Below, piece after piece: positions 36,316-45,938 of a stretch of 64,000 nt of DNA. Numbering within the stretch: position 1 is the first letter of the stretch; every line of letters starts with the position of its first letter. The notes beneath the pieces are model-generated. The model did no database searches, was not told the DNA's origin, and saw nothing but the letters and a program-made list of their open reading frames with translations. A program made the translations under genes and the position numbers. This DNA comes from Vulcanimicrobiota bacterium (GTDB taxonomy: Bacteria > Vulcanimicrobiota > Xenobia > Xenobiales > JADMJV01), in contig JBFWNU010000006.1 of the NCBI GenBank assembly GCA_050250895.1, positions 379,720 through 443,719 of the forward strand, in the 5' to 3' direction.

Positions 36316-37504
36316 GGGGGCACTGTTCGACACCACTACCGCCAAAGCGCTGGCGGTCATCTCGATCGGAGCTTTCGCCATCCCTCTCGGGTGCCGTCGC
36401 ATCCGGCTGCCGGCGGCGGTGGGCGAGATTCTCTATGGAGTGGTGGTTGGCCCCTATCTGCTGGGCTGGGTCCAGCCCACCGATTTCATCCATCTAGCCG
36501 CTCATCTTGGTTTTTTCATGTTGATGTTCATTGCCGGCCTCGAGTTGGACTTTCGGCGCATCGAACGGGTGGGCCGGCCCGCCCTGGCCAGGGGGGCATC
36601 CATTGCCGGGTTGGTGATGGTGGGGGGATTCACGCTGGCCTACGCCTTCGGCTGGCCCTGGTTCACGGGAATGGTGCTCTCGGCCGTCTCCATCGGGGTC
36701 CCCATCGCCCTGTTGCAAGAGACCGGGCTGGGGCGCAAGCCGCTGGGTCAGGACCTCTTGCTGGTCGGCTCGATCGGAGAGTTCTTCAGCATCTTGCTGG
36801 CCACCGGAGTCAACGCCTTCGCCACATCAGGCGGCTGGAATCTCGAGTTTCTACGCGAACTGGGTGGACTGGTGGCCGTGTTTGCCCTGGCCTATCTGGT
36901 GCTGGTGGTCTTGCGCACCTGGGTCTGGTGGCAGTCTGAGGCTTTCGCCCGCATCGTCGAATCCCACGACCCTTCCGAGGTCGGCGTGCGAGCCGGTTTA
37001 GCTTTGATGTTCGTGTTCGTTTGCGTGACTACTTATCTGGGCATCGACCCCATTCTGGGGGCCTTTCTGGCCGGAGCTCTGTTCAGCTTCGTATTTCGGG
37101 CTCGCGGCCCTCTCGAACTCAAGTTCATGAGTCTGGGCAACGGATTTTTCGTGCCTTTTTTCTTCATTAGCGTCGGGCTCGACTTCAATCTGCCCAAGGC
37201 TCTCGAAGGCGATTTCTGGCTGGTGGTCAAGATGCTGCTTTCTCTGTTCGTGGTGAGAGCCGTGGCCTTCTTGTTCGTGGGGTCCGATGAGCAGACCCCG
37301 CTCGAGGGAGTGATCGGGGCTCTGCTGTTGTCAGCGCCCCTGACGCTGTTGGTAGTGGTGGCCAATCTTGGCCTCAATCTGGGCTTTATCGACCGCTCTT
37401 TTCATGCCACGGTGATCCTGCTGGCCGTCTTGTCGGCGGTCTGTTACCCTTTCTTGTTCAAGCTGGTCCTGCGCCGGGCGGAAGGCCCATCCCCAGCTGG
37501 CTGA
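36305..37504 (+). CDS. Cation:proton antiporter (CPA2 family)
   Basis: VGEILYGVVVGP, MFIAGLELD, ILGAFLAG, FFVPFFFISVG. Confidence 0.9.
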   Translation: MEGEGALFDTTTAKALAVISIGAFAIPLGCRRIRLPAAVGEILYGVVVGPYLLGWVQPTDFIHLAAHLGFFMLMFIAGLELDFRRIERVGRPALARGASIAGLVMVGGFTLAYAFGWPWFTGMVLSAVSIGVPIALLQETGLGRKPLGQDLLLVGSIGEFFSILLATGVNAFATSGGWNLEFLRELGGLVAVFALAYLVLVVLRTWVWWQSEAFARIVESHDPSEVGVRAGLALMFVFVCVTTYLGIDPILGAFLAGALFSFVFRARGPLELKFMSLGNGFFVPFFFISVGLDFNLPKALEGDFWLVVKMLLSLFVVRAVAFLFVGSDEQTPLEGVIGALLLSAPLTLLVVVANLGLNLGFIDRSFHATVILLAVLSAVCYPFLFKLVLRRAEGPSPAG

Positions 37505-37934
37505 CCTCGTCGAGGGTTTGGACCCTCCAGGTGGGCAAGATATTGCGGTGATTGGGGATGGACACCAACAAGAGGACCCAATCCCGAGTCAGATGTCCGA
37601 AGGCCAACACTCCCGCCGCCAGCACCATGAGCAAGCCGACGGGGGTCTTCCAGTAGGGGGTCCAACCCAGCAGGTGAAGGAGCAGACCCTGAGCGACCAC
37701 CGTCATTCCGACCAGGCTCTCGACACAGATCATCGACGACTTGACCCCCTCCTGGCGAGCCTCTTCGCAGCGACATTGGCGTAAGAGATAGAGATCGCGG
37801 AGCAGTCCGTAGCCTAGTAGCAGCACGCCGCCCCCCCAGAGCAAGGCAGCGGCCGGCCAGGTGACGGTGGCCGAAACGCCGGCCCACACTCCGACGCCAC
37901 TCAGGCCCAACAGGGTACACATCCAGTAGAACAT
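37458..37934 (-). CDS. Hypothetical four-TM membrane protein
   Basis: Hydrophobic ORF filling the gap; contains MICVESLVG. Confidence 0.6.
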   Translation of the reverse strand: MFYWMCTLLGLSGVGVWAGVSATVTWPAAALLWGGGVLLLGYGLLRDLYLLRQCRCEEARQEGVKSSMICVESLVGMTVVAQGLLLHLLGWTPYWKTPVGLLMVLAAGVLAFGHLTRDWVLLLVSIPNHRNILPTWRVQTLDEVSQLGMGLPPGAGPA

Positions 37935-37987
37935 CGCAAATCGCCTCCCAAAGCGGAAACGCCATATAGGGAGCGAAAGTTCCCGGC

Positions 37988-39739
37988 GTGAGGTTGCTGT
38001 TCGACCGCCCTTTCTCGGGCCTGTTCTGGGCCCAGGCCCTGGGGGCTTTTAACGATAACCTGTACCGCACCGCCCTGGTGTGGTGGTTGGTGCAGCACCA
38101 GCCCCGCTGGCCGGCTCACGAGTGGGCCCTGGTCACCGGGGCTTTGCTGATGGCTCCCTTCATCCTGGCCTCGGGCCAGGCGGGTCAACTGGCCGACCGT
38201 CTCGACAAAGCTCAGCTTTTGCGGGGGTTGAAGTTACTCGAACTGGTGCCCGTGGGAGTGGCCATGGTGGGCTTGCACCTGGGCCATCCGCTCTGGCTCG
38301 TGGCTGCCCTGGTGTTGCTCGGCCTTCAGTCGGCCCTGCTGGGACCGGTGAAGTATGCGATGTTGCCCGACCTGCTCCCTCAGCGACAGTTGGTGGAAGG
38401 CAACGCCCTCTTGGAGAGCGGCGCCCGGGTGGCCATCCTGGCCGGCGTCCTGGTCGGCGGGGTGGTCCCGGAAACCCTGTTGGGACCAGCCATGGCCTGG
38501 GTCACCGGGCTGGGCTACCTGGCCGCCCGACGGGTGACGGCGGGTCGGCCGGCCGCCCCAGACCTGAGGTTGGACCTCGACCCGGTGAGGGCCAGCCTGG
38601 CTTGTCTAAGACTGGTCCGCCAGCAGCGGGCAGTGGCACTGTCCTGCTTGGGGATCGCCTGGTTCTGGTTGCTGGGCAGCTTGTTTCTGGGGCTGGGCTC
38701 GGACAACCCCGAGTTACTGGCCCTTTTTCTGGTCGGGGTTGCAGCCGGAGCCACTTTCTGTCGCCGGGTCAGCTTCGGGCGCACGGAACTGGGGCTGGTT
38801 CCCATTGGATCGGCCGGCATCAGTCTGTTCTGTCTTGACCTGAGCTTCGCCACCTCGCTCTGGCGAAGCTGGCTCGACCTGTTCGGAGTCTCTTTTTGCG
38901 CGGGCTTGTTCGTCATTCCGCTCTACGCCCTGGTGCAGGAACGCTCTCCAGTCGAGGCTAGAGCTCGCGTGCTGGCGGGAGCCAACCTGGTCAGCGCCAC
39001 TTTCATGGTAGCAGGCTCTCTGGCTCTGGTAGCCCTGACCCGTGCAGGACTGGGGATTCCGGCTGGGCTGGTGTTCATCAGCCTGCTCAACGGTCTGGTG
39101 GCCTACTATATCTATAGCCTGATCCCCGAATTCGGCCTGCGCTTTGTGGCCTATCTGCTGGCCCACCTTGTCTATCGGCTCCGAACCTTTGACCTGGAGC
39201 GCATTCCAGCCACCGGACCGGCGGTGCTGGTTTGCAATCACATCACCTTCATCGATTGGTTGATCGTGGCCGCGGCCGTGCCGCGACCGGTTCGCTTCGT
39301 CATGTGGTATGCCTATTTCGACGTTCCGGTGGTGAAGCGGCTGTTTCGCGACGCCAGGGTCATTCCGATCGCCCCGGCCCGTAAAGCTCCCGAGATTCTG
39401 GCCGCAGCCTTCGACCGCATCGCCCAGGAACTCGAAGAAGGGCAAGTTGTCTGTATCTTTCCCGAGGGGATGCTCACCCTCGACGGCGAGGTGTCGGAGT
39501 TCAAGCCGGGCATCGAGCGGATCGTGGCCAGAACTCCGGCGCCGGTCGTCCCGATGGCTCTGCGGGGCCTGTGGGGAAGCTTCTTTAGCAAGGCCCGCCA
39601 GGGTGGTTTGAGCCGCCTGCTCACCCATGAACTCCGTTCGCCCATCGAACTGGCCTGTCTCGACCCCGTCCCCGCCCAGGAGGTCTCGGCCGAACGGCTA
39701 AGGGCAGCGGTGTTGGCTTTGAGAGGAGACCGTCGCTAG
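37988..39739 (+). CDS. MFS lysophospholipid transporter fused to a PlsC acyltransferase (LplT/Aas-like)
   Basis: QALGAFNDN, GQLADRLDK, GPVKYAMLP; NHITFID, IFPEG. Confidence 0.9.
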   Translation: MRLLFDRPFSGLFWAQALGAFNDNLYRTALVWWLVQHQPRWPAHEWALVTGALLMAPFILASGQAGQLADRLDKAQLLRGLKLLELVPVGVAMVGLHLGHPLWLVAALVLLGLQSALLGPVKYAMLPDLLPQRQLVEGNALLESGARVAILAGVLVGGVVPETLLGPAMAWVTGLGYLAARRVTAGRPAAPDLRLDLDPVRASLACLRLVRQQRAVALSCLGIAWFWLLGSLFLGLGSDNPELLALFLVGVAAGATFCRRVSFGRTELGLVPIGSAGISLFCLDLSFATSLWRSWLDLFGVSFCAGLFVIPLYALVQERSPVEARARVLAGANLVSATFMVAGSLALVALTRAGLGIPAGLVFISLLNGLVAYYIYSLIPEFGLRFVAYLLAHLVYRLRTFDLERIPATGPAVLVCNHITFIDWLIVAAAVPRPVRFVMWYAYFDVPVVKRLFRDARVIPIAPARKAPEILAAAFDRIAQELEEGQVVCIFPEGMLTLDGEVSEFKPGIERIVARTPAPVVPMALRGLWGSFFSKARQGGLSRLLTHELRSPIELACLDPVPAQEVSAERLRAAVLALRGDRR

Positions 39740-40446
39740 TGTTCCACCCCCGGGGTCCGACCTTTTTAGAGTTGGCCCGCCAAGCTCTATCTTCTACCGA
39801 GTCGGGATATGATCTGCTGGCTCCCAAGTTCGAGTATACGCCCTACCGCACCCCCGACGAGATCGTGGCCGCGGTGGTCGACCGGGTGGGGGAGGCGGAG
39901 CGGGTGCTCGACCTGGGCTGTGGCACCGGAGCCGGCATGAAGGCGCTCAAAACGCGCTGTCGCGAGGTAGTTGGGATCGACATCTCGGAGGGGATGCTCA
40001 GACAAGGTCGAGAACTCTCGCGAGATTGGCCCGGAGACGCCGAGTTGCGATGGATACGAGGCGACGCCCTGGCGCTGCCCTTCCACCAGGAATTCGACGC
40101 GGTCGTTTGTTTTGGCGCCTTCGGTCACATCCTGCCCGAACAGGAGGCGCAGTTGGTGGACAATATCTACCGGGTCCTGCGGCCGGGTGGACGTTTCGTG
40201 TTCGTGACCTCACCCAGGCCAGGCTTGAACACGCTTCGCTACTGGCGTAGTCGGGGCTTCAATGCCGTGATGAGGGTGCGCAACTGGCTGTGGCGTCCGC
40301 CTTTCATCATGTATTACCTGACGTTCTTGTTGCCCCGGGCCACCCGTTTGCTGCAGGCCCGAGGCTTTGACATAGAAGCCGACTTCAGCCGCCTGTCAGA
40401 GCAACAGCTGGTGTTGGTTCAAGCCCGCCGCCTCCTACCCGAGTAG
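39739..40446 (+). CDS. Class I SAM-dependent methyltransferase
   Basis: VLDLGCGTG, GIDISEGML, RVLRPGGRF. Confidence 0.9.
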   Translation: MFHPRGPTFLELARQALSSTESGYDLLAPKFEYTPYRTPDEIVAAVVDRVGEAERVLDLGCGTGAGMKALKTRCREVVGIDISEGMLRQGRELSRDWPGDAELRWIRGDALALPFHQEFDAVVCFGAFGHILPEQEAQLVDNIYRVLRPGGRFVFVTSPRPGLNTLRYWRSRGFNAVMRVRNWLWRPPFIMYYLTFLLPRATRLLQARGFDIEADFSRLSEQQLVLVQARRLLPE

Positions 40447-40641
40447 GAGGCGCAAACCAGGCCGCTGGTAGAGAACTACCAGTCGAAATCCCTTTGCGCC
40501 AAGATTTTCCCTGATTTACAACTGTTAATTGTATAAAATCTTAGTATTAATTAGTTAAGGGTTTGTCCTCTATCTGGAGGATGTGATCTTCGCACTTGCC
40601 CAGTTATGCTGTAAATGTAACTCTGGAGGGGGAGGTGCGAT

Positions 40642-41133
40642 ATCTTAAACCAACACTCAAGAAAGAAAAGCCTTGGCCTTTCGCTGGCCGAGGTCCTCAT
40701 CGCGGTCTTCGTGGTGGGAGTCGGCGTGCTGGCCACCACCTCGGTGCTATGGTACTCCATCCGAGCCGAGCGTAACTCCGAGCGCCGCTCCCAGGCCGTC
40801 TTCTGGGGGCGGGAGATGCTCAATCTGGTGCGCTCCCGAAATCTGCCCTTCTCGGGTCCCTTTCCCACCGTGGTGAGCGAACTCAACGATGGAAACTACG
40901 ACGACAACAACGATGATAACGGTCCCCGGCGGGCCTTCAACGCCCCACCCTTCGGCAACGATTTCGATGACCCGATGTGCACCAATTTTCAACGTCGCAT
41001 CGAGATGAAATTGCTGTCCACCGACCCCAATAGCCACCTGAGCGACATGGCGGCGATCAAGGTGACGGTCTATTGGAACGAAGGCGCGAGCCAGAAACAG
41101 GTGACCCTATGGGCCTATCATCGCAGACCTTAA
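40642..41133 (+). CDS. Type IV minor pilin (PilV-like); start codon uncertain
   Basis: In-frame RKKSLG/LSLAEVLIAVFVVGVGVL prepilin motif lies upstream of the first canonical start (GTG 40711). Confidence 0.8.
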   Translation: MLNQHSRKKSLGLSLAEVLIAVFVVGVGVLATTSVLWYSIRAERNSERRSQAVFWGREMLNLVRSRNLPFSGPFPTVVSELNDGNYDDNNDDNGPRRAFNAPPFGNDFDDPMCTNFQRRIEMKLLSTDPNSHLSDMAAIKVTVYWNEGASQKQVTLWAYHRRP

Positions 41134-41810
41134 GAACCCGAGGTTTCAGCCTCATCGAACTGCTGGTGGCCATGGCCATCGGAAGCCTGATCCTGCTCGT
41201 GGTCGCCTTTCTCTATCAGACGGGGCTGTGGGAGTTTCGCCACTCGAGCGGCCGGATCGAGTTGGTCCGCCGCGGCCGCGCGGCTCTCGATAAGTCGCAA
41301 CCCTACATTTGCTCGGCCATCCGCCCAGGTGGCACGGCCGGGCCCGAGGCCATCACCTTTCCCATCACTCCCAGTGATGATCTCCACGATGCGCCCTCCT
41401 CGCGCTTGCAGTTCACGACCCCCATCGACTTCTTGGGGGGGGCGCCTCTACCCAGCGCTCGCGAACTCAAAGCCAATCCTGTCTACTACTTCTATGAACT
41501 GGCCGAGGTGCCAGGGCCGGCCGGCCGGGGTAACGAGTTGGTGTTACGTCGCTACGTCGACGAGTTGACTCCTGATACGACGGTCGCCCCCCTGGTGATC
41601 GCCCGTGATTTGGGCGTGCCTGACGGCGCTGGCGGCTTCCGCGATGGCTTCGTGGTGCGTTACCTGCGGCCAGGAGCGGTCGAATTGCAGGTGCAGGTCT
41701 GCAGCCAGCTCCTGAGTGACCGGGTCGAGCGCAATCGGGTCGAGTCGCGCACGCCCCTGGTCATCCGCATGTCCAGCATTATCCAGATCCCCTACTACAG
41801 CCAACAGTAA
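41109..41810 (+). CDS. Type IV minor pilin (PilW-like)
   Basis: RG/FSLIELLVAMAIGSLILLVV. Confidence 0.88.
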   Translation: MGLSSQTLRTRGFSLIELLVAMAIGSLILLVVAFLYQTGLWEFRHSSGRIELVRRGRAALDKSQPYICSAIRPGGTAGPEAITFPITPSDDLHDAPSSRLQFTTPIDFLGGAPLPSARELKANPVYYFYELAEVPGPAGRGNELVLRRYVDELTPDTTVAPLVIARDLGVPDGAGGFRDGFVVRYLRPGAVELQVQVCSQLLSDRVERNRVESRTPLVIRMSSIIQIPYYSQQ

Positions 41811-43681
41811 TGGAGGCAATGATGAAACGAAAACGAGGCTCTGTCCTGATTCTGGCTTTGTTCATGATGTTCTTGCTCGAACTCATGGCCATCGCCTTTG
41901 TAACCTTTATTCCGGTCGAAAGCCAGGCCGCCCGCCGTTCCGAGCACCAGACCGTGGGCTCGCTGGTGGCCGACGCCGGTGTCACCGAAGCGCTGGCCTG
42001 GCTGCGCTTTCAGATCGCACCGCCCGATGGTAGTGCCTCGAAAGAGCCGCTCCATCCCACCATCTATCCTTCGGATGCGGGTCGGACCCGCGATGTAGGC
42101 GGCGGCTGGTCGTATCGCTGGCGTTTGGAACCGGATTCCCAGACTTATCCCAACCCCGCCAATAACCCTATTCGCGGCTACACGATCACCTCCCGCGCCT
42201 ACAAATATGGCCGGGTTCAGCGCGAGGCCCGCGCCCAGGTGATTCAAGAGTCGCTCAGTCGCTACGCGGCCCTTTACGACCACTGGCCTAACAACCTGGT
42301 CATGGGTATCGATACCACCGACGTGCCGGCCGGCGGCCCGGTCCATCTCAACAACGACATCATGCGACTCTGGATCAAAGACGGAGCCTCGTTCTGGTCT
42401 TCCCCCGGCCAGCCTATCTTCGACCATGGCCTCACCGCGGTGGGCAAATTCAATCATAGCAGCGGCTATGCCGGCGACGGGTTCGCTTATTACCAGGGCA
42501 ACTACAGCAGCAACAGCGCTTCGAGCGCGACCTACGTCAACAACGACAAGATTCCATACAACAGCGGAGGCCCCGTGGTTTCTCGTTACAACCGCCTGGC
42601 CGGGAGCCCGGACAATATGAAGTCGGGCGCCAGCGAAGTGCCGCTGCCCAAAAACACCTTCAAACTGCGCGATGCCGCCTGGGGCTTCGAGACCACCAAT
42701 CCCCTGCCGACCTCGGCCGGAGTCTATGTCAACGCGGCCGCTGACAAGAGCGTCGAAGGCGGCATCTATATCAAGGGTGACGTGCAAGAGATGCAGTTGG
42801 GCTACGGCGGAACCCAGCCCGCCGGCCCGGGCACGGTCAACTATGGTGAGAACTCGTGGGTCAAGGTCGAGTTGCCCATCACCAACCAGAACAAGATCGA
42901 CAGCCACAAGAACGTGACCGTGGTGACGGTCGAAACCGCCATCACCCTGCCGGCCGGCACCGTCCTCGACGGGGCCACCCTGGGCGGGCCAACCACGATC
43001 AACGCGGGCAATACTTTGATCCGCCGCGCTGATGGCAAGTTCGAGTCCTACACCGGCAGTCTGAACGGTGTGGTCTATGCCAGCGGCGACATCAACGATG
43101 TGTGGGGCGTCAACAAGGGACGGCGCACCATCGCGGTCGAGTCTGACGCGGACGCCAACGTCGAGCACGACATCATCATCGGTGGCAAGAAGGACGACAC
43201 CACGGGAGTTCTTAGCCTGGCTGCCGGCCAGAAGGGACTGCTACAGTATGGCGCGGTCGACGCCGACAGCGACGGAGTGCTCGACCCGCCAACTACTGCC
43301 GACAACGTGCTCGGTCTCATCGGCCACGATGTGCAGATCTCGTCGGGTCTCAAACAGAATAGCAGCTGGACGACCTCGCATCCCGAGACGAACCCGCTCT
43401 ATCTCTATGCCCTGGTGTTGGCCGGTGAGCCGGGCAACGGCGGCACCTATAGCGTGCAGTCCTATAACAGTGGCGGGGCCGGCTATGTGTATCGTTACGG
43501 CAGCCGTATCGTGGTCGACGCCGGGGCCTGGGGCACCACCAGCGGCCACGGCCTGATCAACGGCAATACCTTCTTCGACGAGCCGGCCGCCAGCTCGCCG
43601 CCCCCCTACTTTCCTTCGGTGCCGACCTTTACGGTCAAGAGCTACCAGGATCTCGTCACCAGTGACGGAGAGACGATCTGA
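41810..43681 (+). CDS. PilX-like pilus protein with a large extracellular beta-rich domain
   Basis: KRKRG/SVLILALFMM...ADAGVTEA PilX-type N-terminus lacking E5; G/N/S/T-rich body. Confidence 0.82.
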   Translation: MEAMMKRKRGSVLILALFMMFLLELMAIAFVTFIPVESQAARRSEHQTVGSLVADAGVTEALAWLRFQIAPPDGSASKEPLHPTIYPSDAGRTRDVGGGWSYRWRLEPDSQTYPNPANNPIRGYTITSRAYKYGRVQREARAQVIQESLSRYAALYDHWPNNLVMGIDTTDVPAGGPVHLNNDIMRLWIKDGASFWSSPGQPIFDHGLTAVGKFNHSSGYAGDGFAYYQGNYSSNSASSATYVNNDKIPYNSGGPVVSRYNRLAGSPDNMKSGASEVPLPKNTFKLRDAAWGFETTNPLPTSAGVYVNAAADKSVEGGIYIKGDVQEMQLGYGGTQPAGPGTVNYGENSWVKVELPITNQNKIDSHKNVTVVTVETAITLPAGTVLDGATLGGPTTINAGNTLIRRADGKFESYTGSLNGVVYASGDINDVWGVNKGRRTIAVESDADANVEHDIIIGGKKDDTTGVLSLAAGQKGLLQYGAVDADSDGVLDPPTTADNVLGLIGHDVQISSGLKQNSSWTTSHPETNPLYLYALVLAGEPGNGGTYSVQSYNSGGAGYVYRYGSRIVVDAGAWGTTSGHGLINGNTFFDEPAASSPPPYFPSVPTFTVKSYQDLVTSDGETI

Positions 43682-44079
43682 TGAAACATCTACTCCTGGC
43701 CTGTCTGACCCTTATACTTCTCATCGGGTGCGGTGGTTCTGGCCCACCAGAGCCCGGTTCGAGTCCCGGTGCCACCACTTCAAGCGAGACTCCGGCGGCC
43801 ACGCCGGGATCCACCCCGACCGCCAACGGAAGCGCCGAATCCGGCAGTAGACCGCGCCAGAGCAACGAGTTAAGCGCGATTCCGGCCCAGGAGACTCAGC
43901 TGTATGTATCCCCCGACGTCACCGACCGCTTGTGGCAAAACTCGGTCAGTCCCGAGCAGCGCAAGAGCATCGAGGCACGGCGCAAAGCGCGTCAGCGCCG
44001 AGGCAGCGTGGTCAGCAAGACCGGGGGCAACGGGGCCCCTGTGATGGGGGTCAACGACAACGTCGAGCAAGTGCCCTAG
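43681..44079 (+). CDS. Lipoprotein
   Basis: MKHLLLACLTLILLIG-C lipobox; S/T/P linker. Confidence 0.75.
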   Translation: MKHLLLACLTLILLIGCGGSGPPEPGSSPGATTSSETPAATPGSTPTANGSAESGSRPRQSNELSAIPAQETQLYVSPDVTDRLWQNSVSPEQRKSIEARRKARQRRGSVVSKTGGNGAPVMGVNDNVEQVP

Positions 44080-44087
44080 GCCGGTCG

Positions 44088-44522
44088 TCACTCGACGGCA
44101 ACGGGAGCGCCTTCGTCCTGACGAAGGCGCTCTCTTAGTCTCTCCATCATGCGGTTGAAGGCCTCTTCCACTTCTTCGAGCTGATCTTCCTTGCGAAAAC
44201 GAAGCTGGTGGTCGAGGTCGCCCTCAGCGATGGCGTTGAAGGTGTTGCGAAGCTTGATGTGGGGCCCGGCCACCCGATGAGCGGTCAGCACGCCCATGGC
44301 TCCTATGGCTGTCATTAATGCCAGTGACAGGGCGACCCCCCCGATCAAAATCCCCGTCATGGGTAGCTCGGCACCCGCCTGGTAGAGCGTGTAGACCCGG
44401 CTCATCAGGGCACCGAAGAGCAGCACCACCAGGGCCCACGAGAGAGTCATCATCTTTCCGATGTAGAGCCAGTGGTATTTCTTGGTAAGAACGACGTTCT
44501 TAAGCGAGCGTTTGTTTTGCAT
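44088..44522 (-). CDS. Two-TM protein with a HAMP domain and no output domain
   Basis: AHRVAGP...IAEGDL...RKEDQLEEVEEAFNRM; RBS GGAGG. Confidence 0.8.
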   Translation of the reverse strand: MQNKRSLKNVVLTKKYHWLYIGKMMTLSWALVVLLFGALMSRVYTLYQAGAELPMTGILIGGVALSLALMTAIGAMGVLTAHRVAGPHIKLRNTFNAIAEGDLDHQLRFRKEDQLEEVEEAFNRMMERLRERLRQDEGAPVAVE

Positions 44523-44655
44523 TCAGACCCTCCAGATGTTCGACTTCGGACGTTAGTCCGAGACGGACACTCCACCAATGCATGGTTTCTTGATAGGGCC
44601 GTCTTTGCCTTCCCGTCCGACGGGAGAACGTTCTCGATTCAATGAATAAGAGGGG

Positions 44656-45618
44656 GTGTGGAACGTTCGTGAAGGCGGCCCCGAGGACCTCGAAGCGCTG
44701 CTCGAATTAGCCCGGACCAAAGTATATTATCGCTCACACCTGCTCGAGCGCGGGGAGCTTCAAGAACTCACCGAGGGCATGTTGAAGTATCTGGTGGGCT
44801 CGGATGCCAGCGTTCGGGTGCTGCTCGCGGACGATGATGGCGAAGTCGGGGGCTATTTTCTGCTCAAGACCGGCGAGGTCGAGTCGATTACCCGCGAGCC
44901 TCAGACCTTGATCGCCGACTATGGTCTGGTCGAGCCTGATTGCTTCGAGGCCCTGCTCGACCGAGCGGACGAAATCGGCCGCCAGGTGGGCGACCGCTAT
45001 CTGGTGGTGCACACCCTGTACCTTTCCGAGCCAGAGGAATGGTTCTGTCTGGCCGGGTTCACGGCCGAGATCTCCCGGACCGTCAAGCGCATCGAGCCGG
45101 GGGCAAGAGCCCCGCAGCATCCTCGCTTTCCGGTTCGGCGCGCTCGCCCCAACGATCAGATGTTCATCATGTGGCTCAACACCCAGTGCTCGCCGGTTTA
45201 TCTGCCGGCCGGGCGCGAGGTCGACCGACTCAAGATCAGTCAGGGCTTTCTCGAGTCGTACGCGGAACTGAAAATCGGCGACCCAAATCACCTCTACTTC
45301 ATTGCCGACGACCAGAAATCGGGCGACCCGGTAGGTTTTCTGATTCTACAACTCGGCCGGCTGACGGTGGGACGAAAGGATCTGACCGCCTATGTCTATG
45401 ACATCGCGGCTCATCCCGACTTCCGCGGCAACGGCATCTCCTATTATCTATTGGGAAACGGCGAACAAGCTCTGGGCGAGGCCGGCGGAGGCTACCTCAT
45501 CGGAGACATCAGTATGGGCAACCCTATCGCTATCAAGACGTCCGAGAGTCTCGGTTTTCACCAGGACTCGCGGCGATGGGGTCGGCCGTTAACGAGTCGG
45601 CAACATGAATTAACATGA
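44656..45618 (+). CDS. Tandem GNAT-family acetyltransferase
   Basis: YVYDIAAHPDFRGNGI motif A, NPIA..ESLGF; degenerate N-terminal GNAT repeat. Confidence 0.8.
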   Translation: MWNVREGGPEDLEALLELARTKVYYRSHLLERGELQELTEGMLKYLVGSDASVRVLLADDDGEVGGYFLLKTGEVESITREPQTLIADYGLVEPDCFEALLDRADEIGRQVGDRYLVVHTLYLSEPEEWFCLAGFTAEISRTVKRIEPGARAPQHPRFPVRRARPNDQMFIMWLNTQCSPVYLPAGREVDRLKISQGFLESYAELKIGDPNHLYFIADDQKSGDPVGFLILQLGRLTVGRKDLTAYVYDIAAHPDFRGNGISYYLLGNGEQALGEAGGGYLIGDISMGNPIAIKTSESLGFHQDSRRWGRPLTSRQHELT

Positions 45619-45715
45619 AAGTTACAAAAGTTACAATCATGTTGTTTGCCAACCGACACAACCTCTCGGCAATCGCCTAGAATACGAGCAAGACATACTA
45701 CGAGGAGATACTTCC

Positions 45716-45907
45716 ATGGCTATTCAAGCGGCAATCGGCATTGTTGGTAAAGCTGCGGGCGGAGCCGGAAAAGCCGGCAAAGCCGGTGGTAAAGGCGGCA
45801 AAAAAGGCGGCGGCGGCGGTGGACCGATGGGTCTGCTTTCGTCCTTGATCGGCATGATCACCGGTGGCGGTGGTTGCCAGGGCGGCGGAGGCTGCGGCTG
45901 CGGCTAA
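45716..45907 (+). CDS. 63-aa Gly/Lys-rich peptide with C-terminal cysteines
   Basis: RBS GAGGAG, upstream TAGAAT, downstream terminator; occupies an otherwise empty interval. Confidence 0.7.
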   Translation: MAIQAAIGIVGKAAGGAGKAGKAGGKGGKKGGGGGGPMGLLSSLIGMITGGGGCQGGGGCGCG

Positions 45908-45938
45908 AGGTAACCAACAACCTGATGTCGATTTAACG

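Noticed and set aside
40447-40640. c-di-GMP riboswitch or CRP site before the pilin operon
   Set aside because: No convincing GEMM two-stem pattern, and TGTGA at 40582 lacks a properly spaced TCACA half-site.
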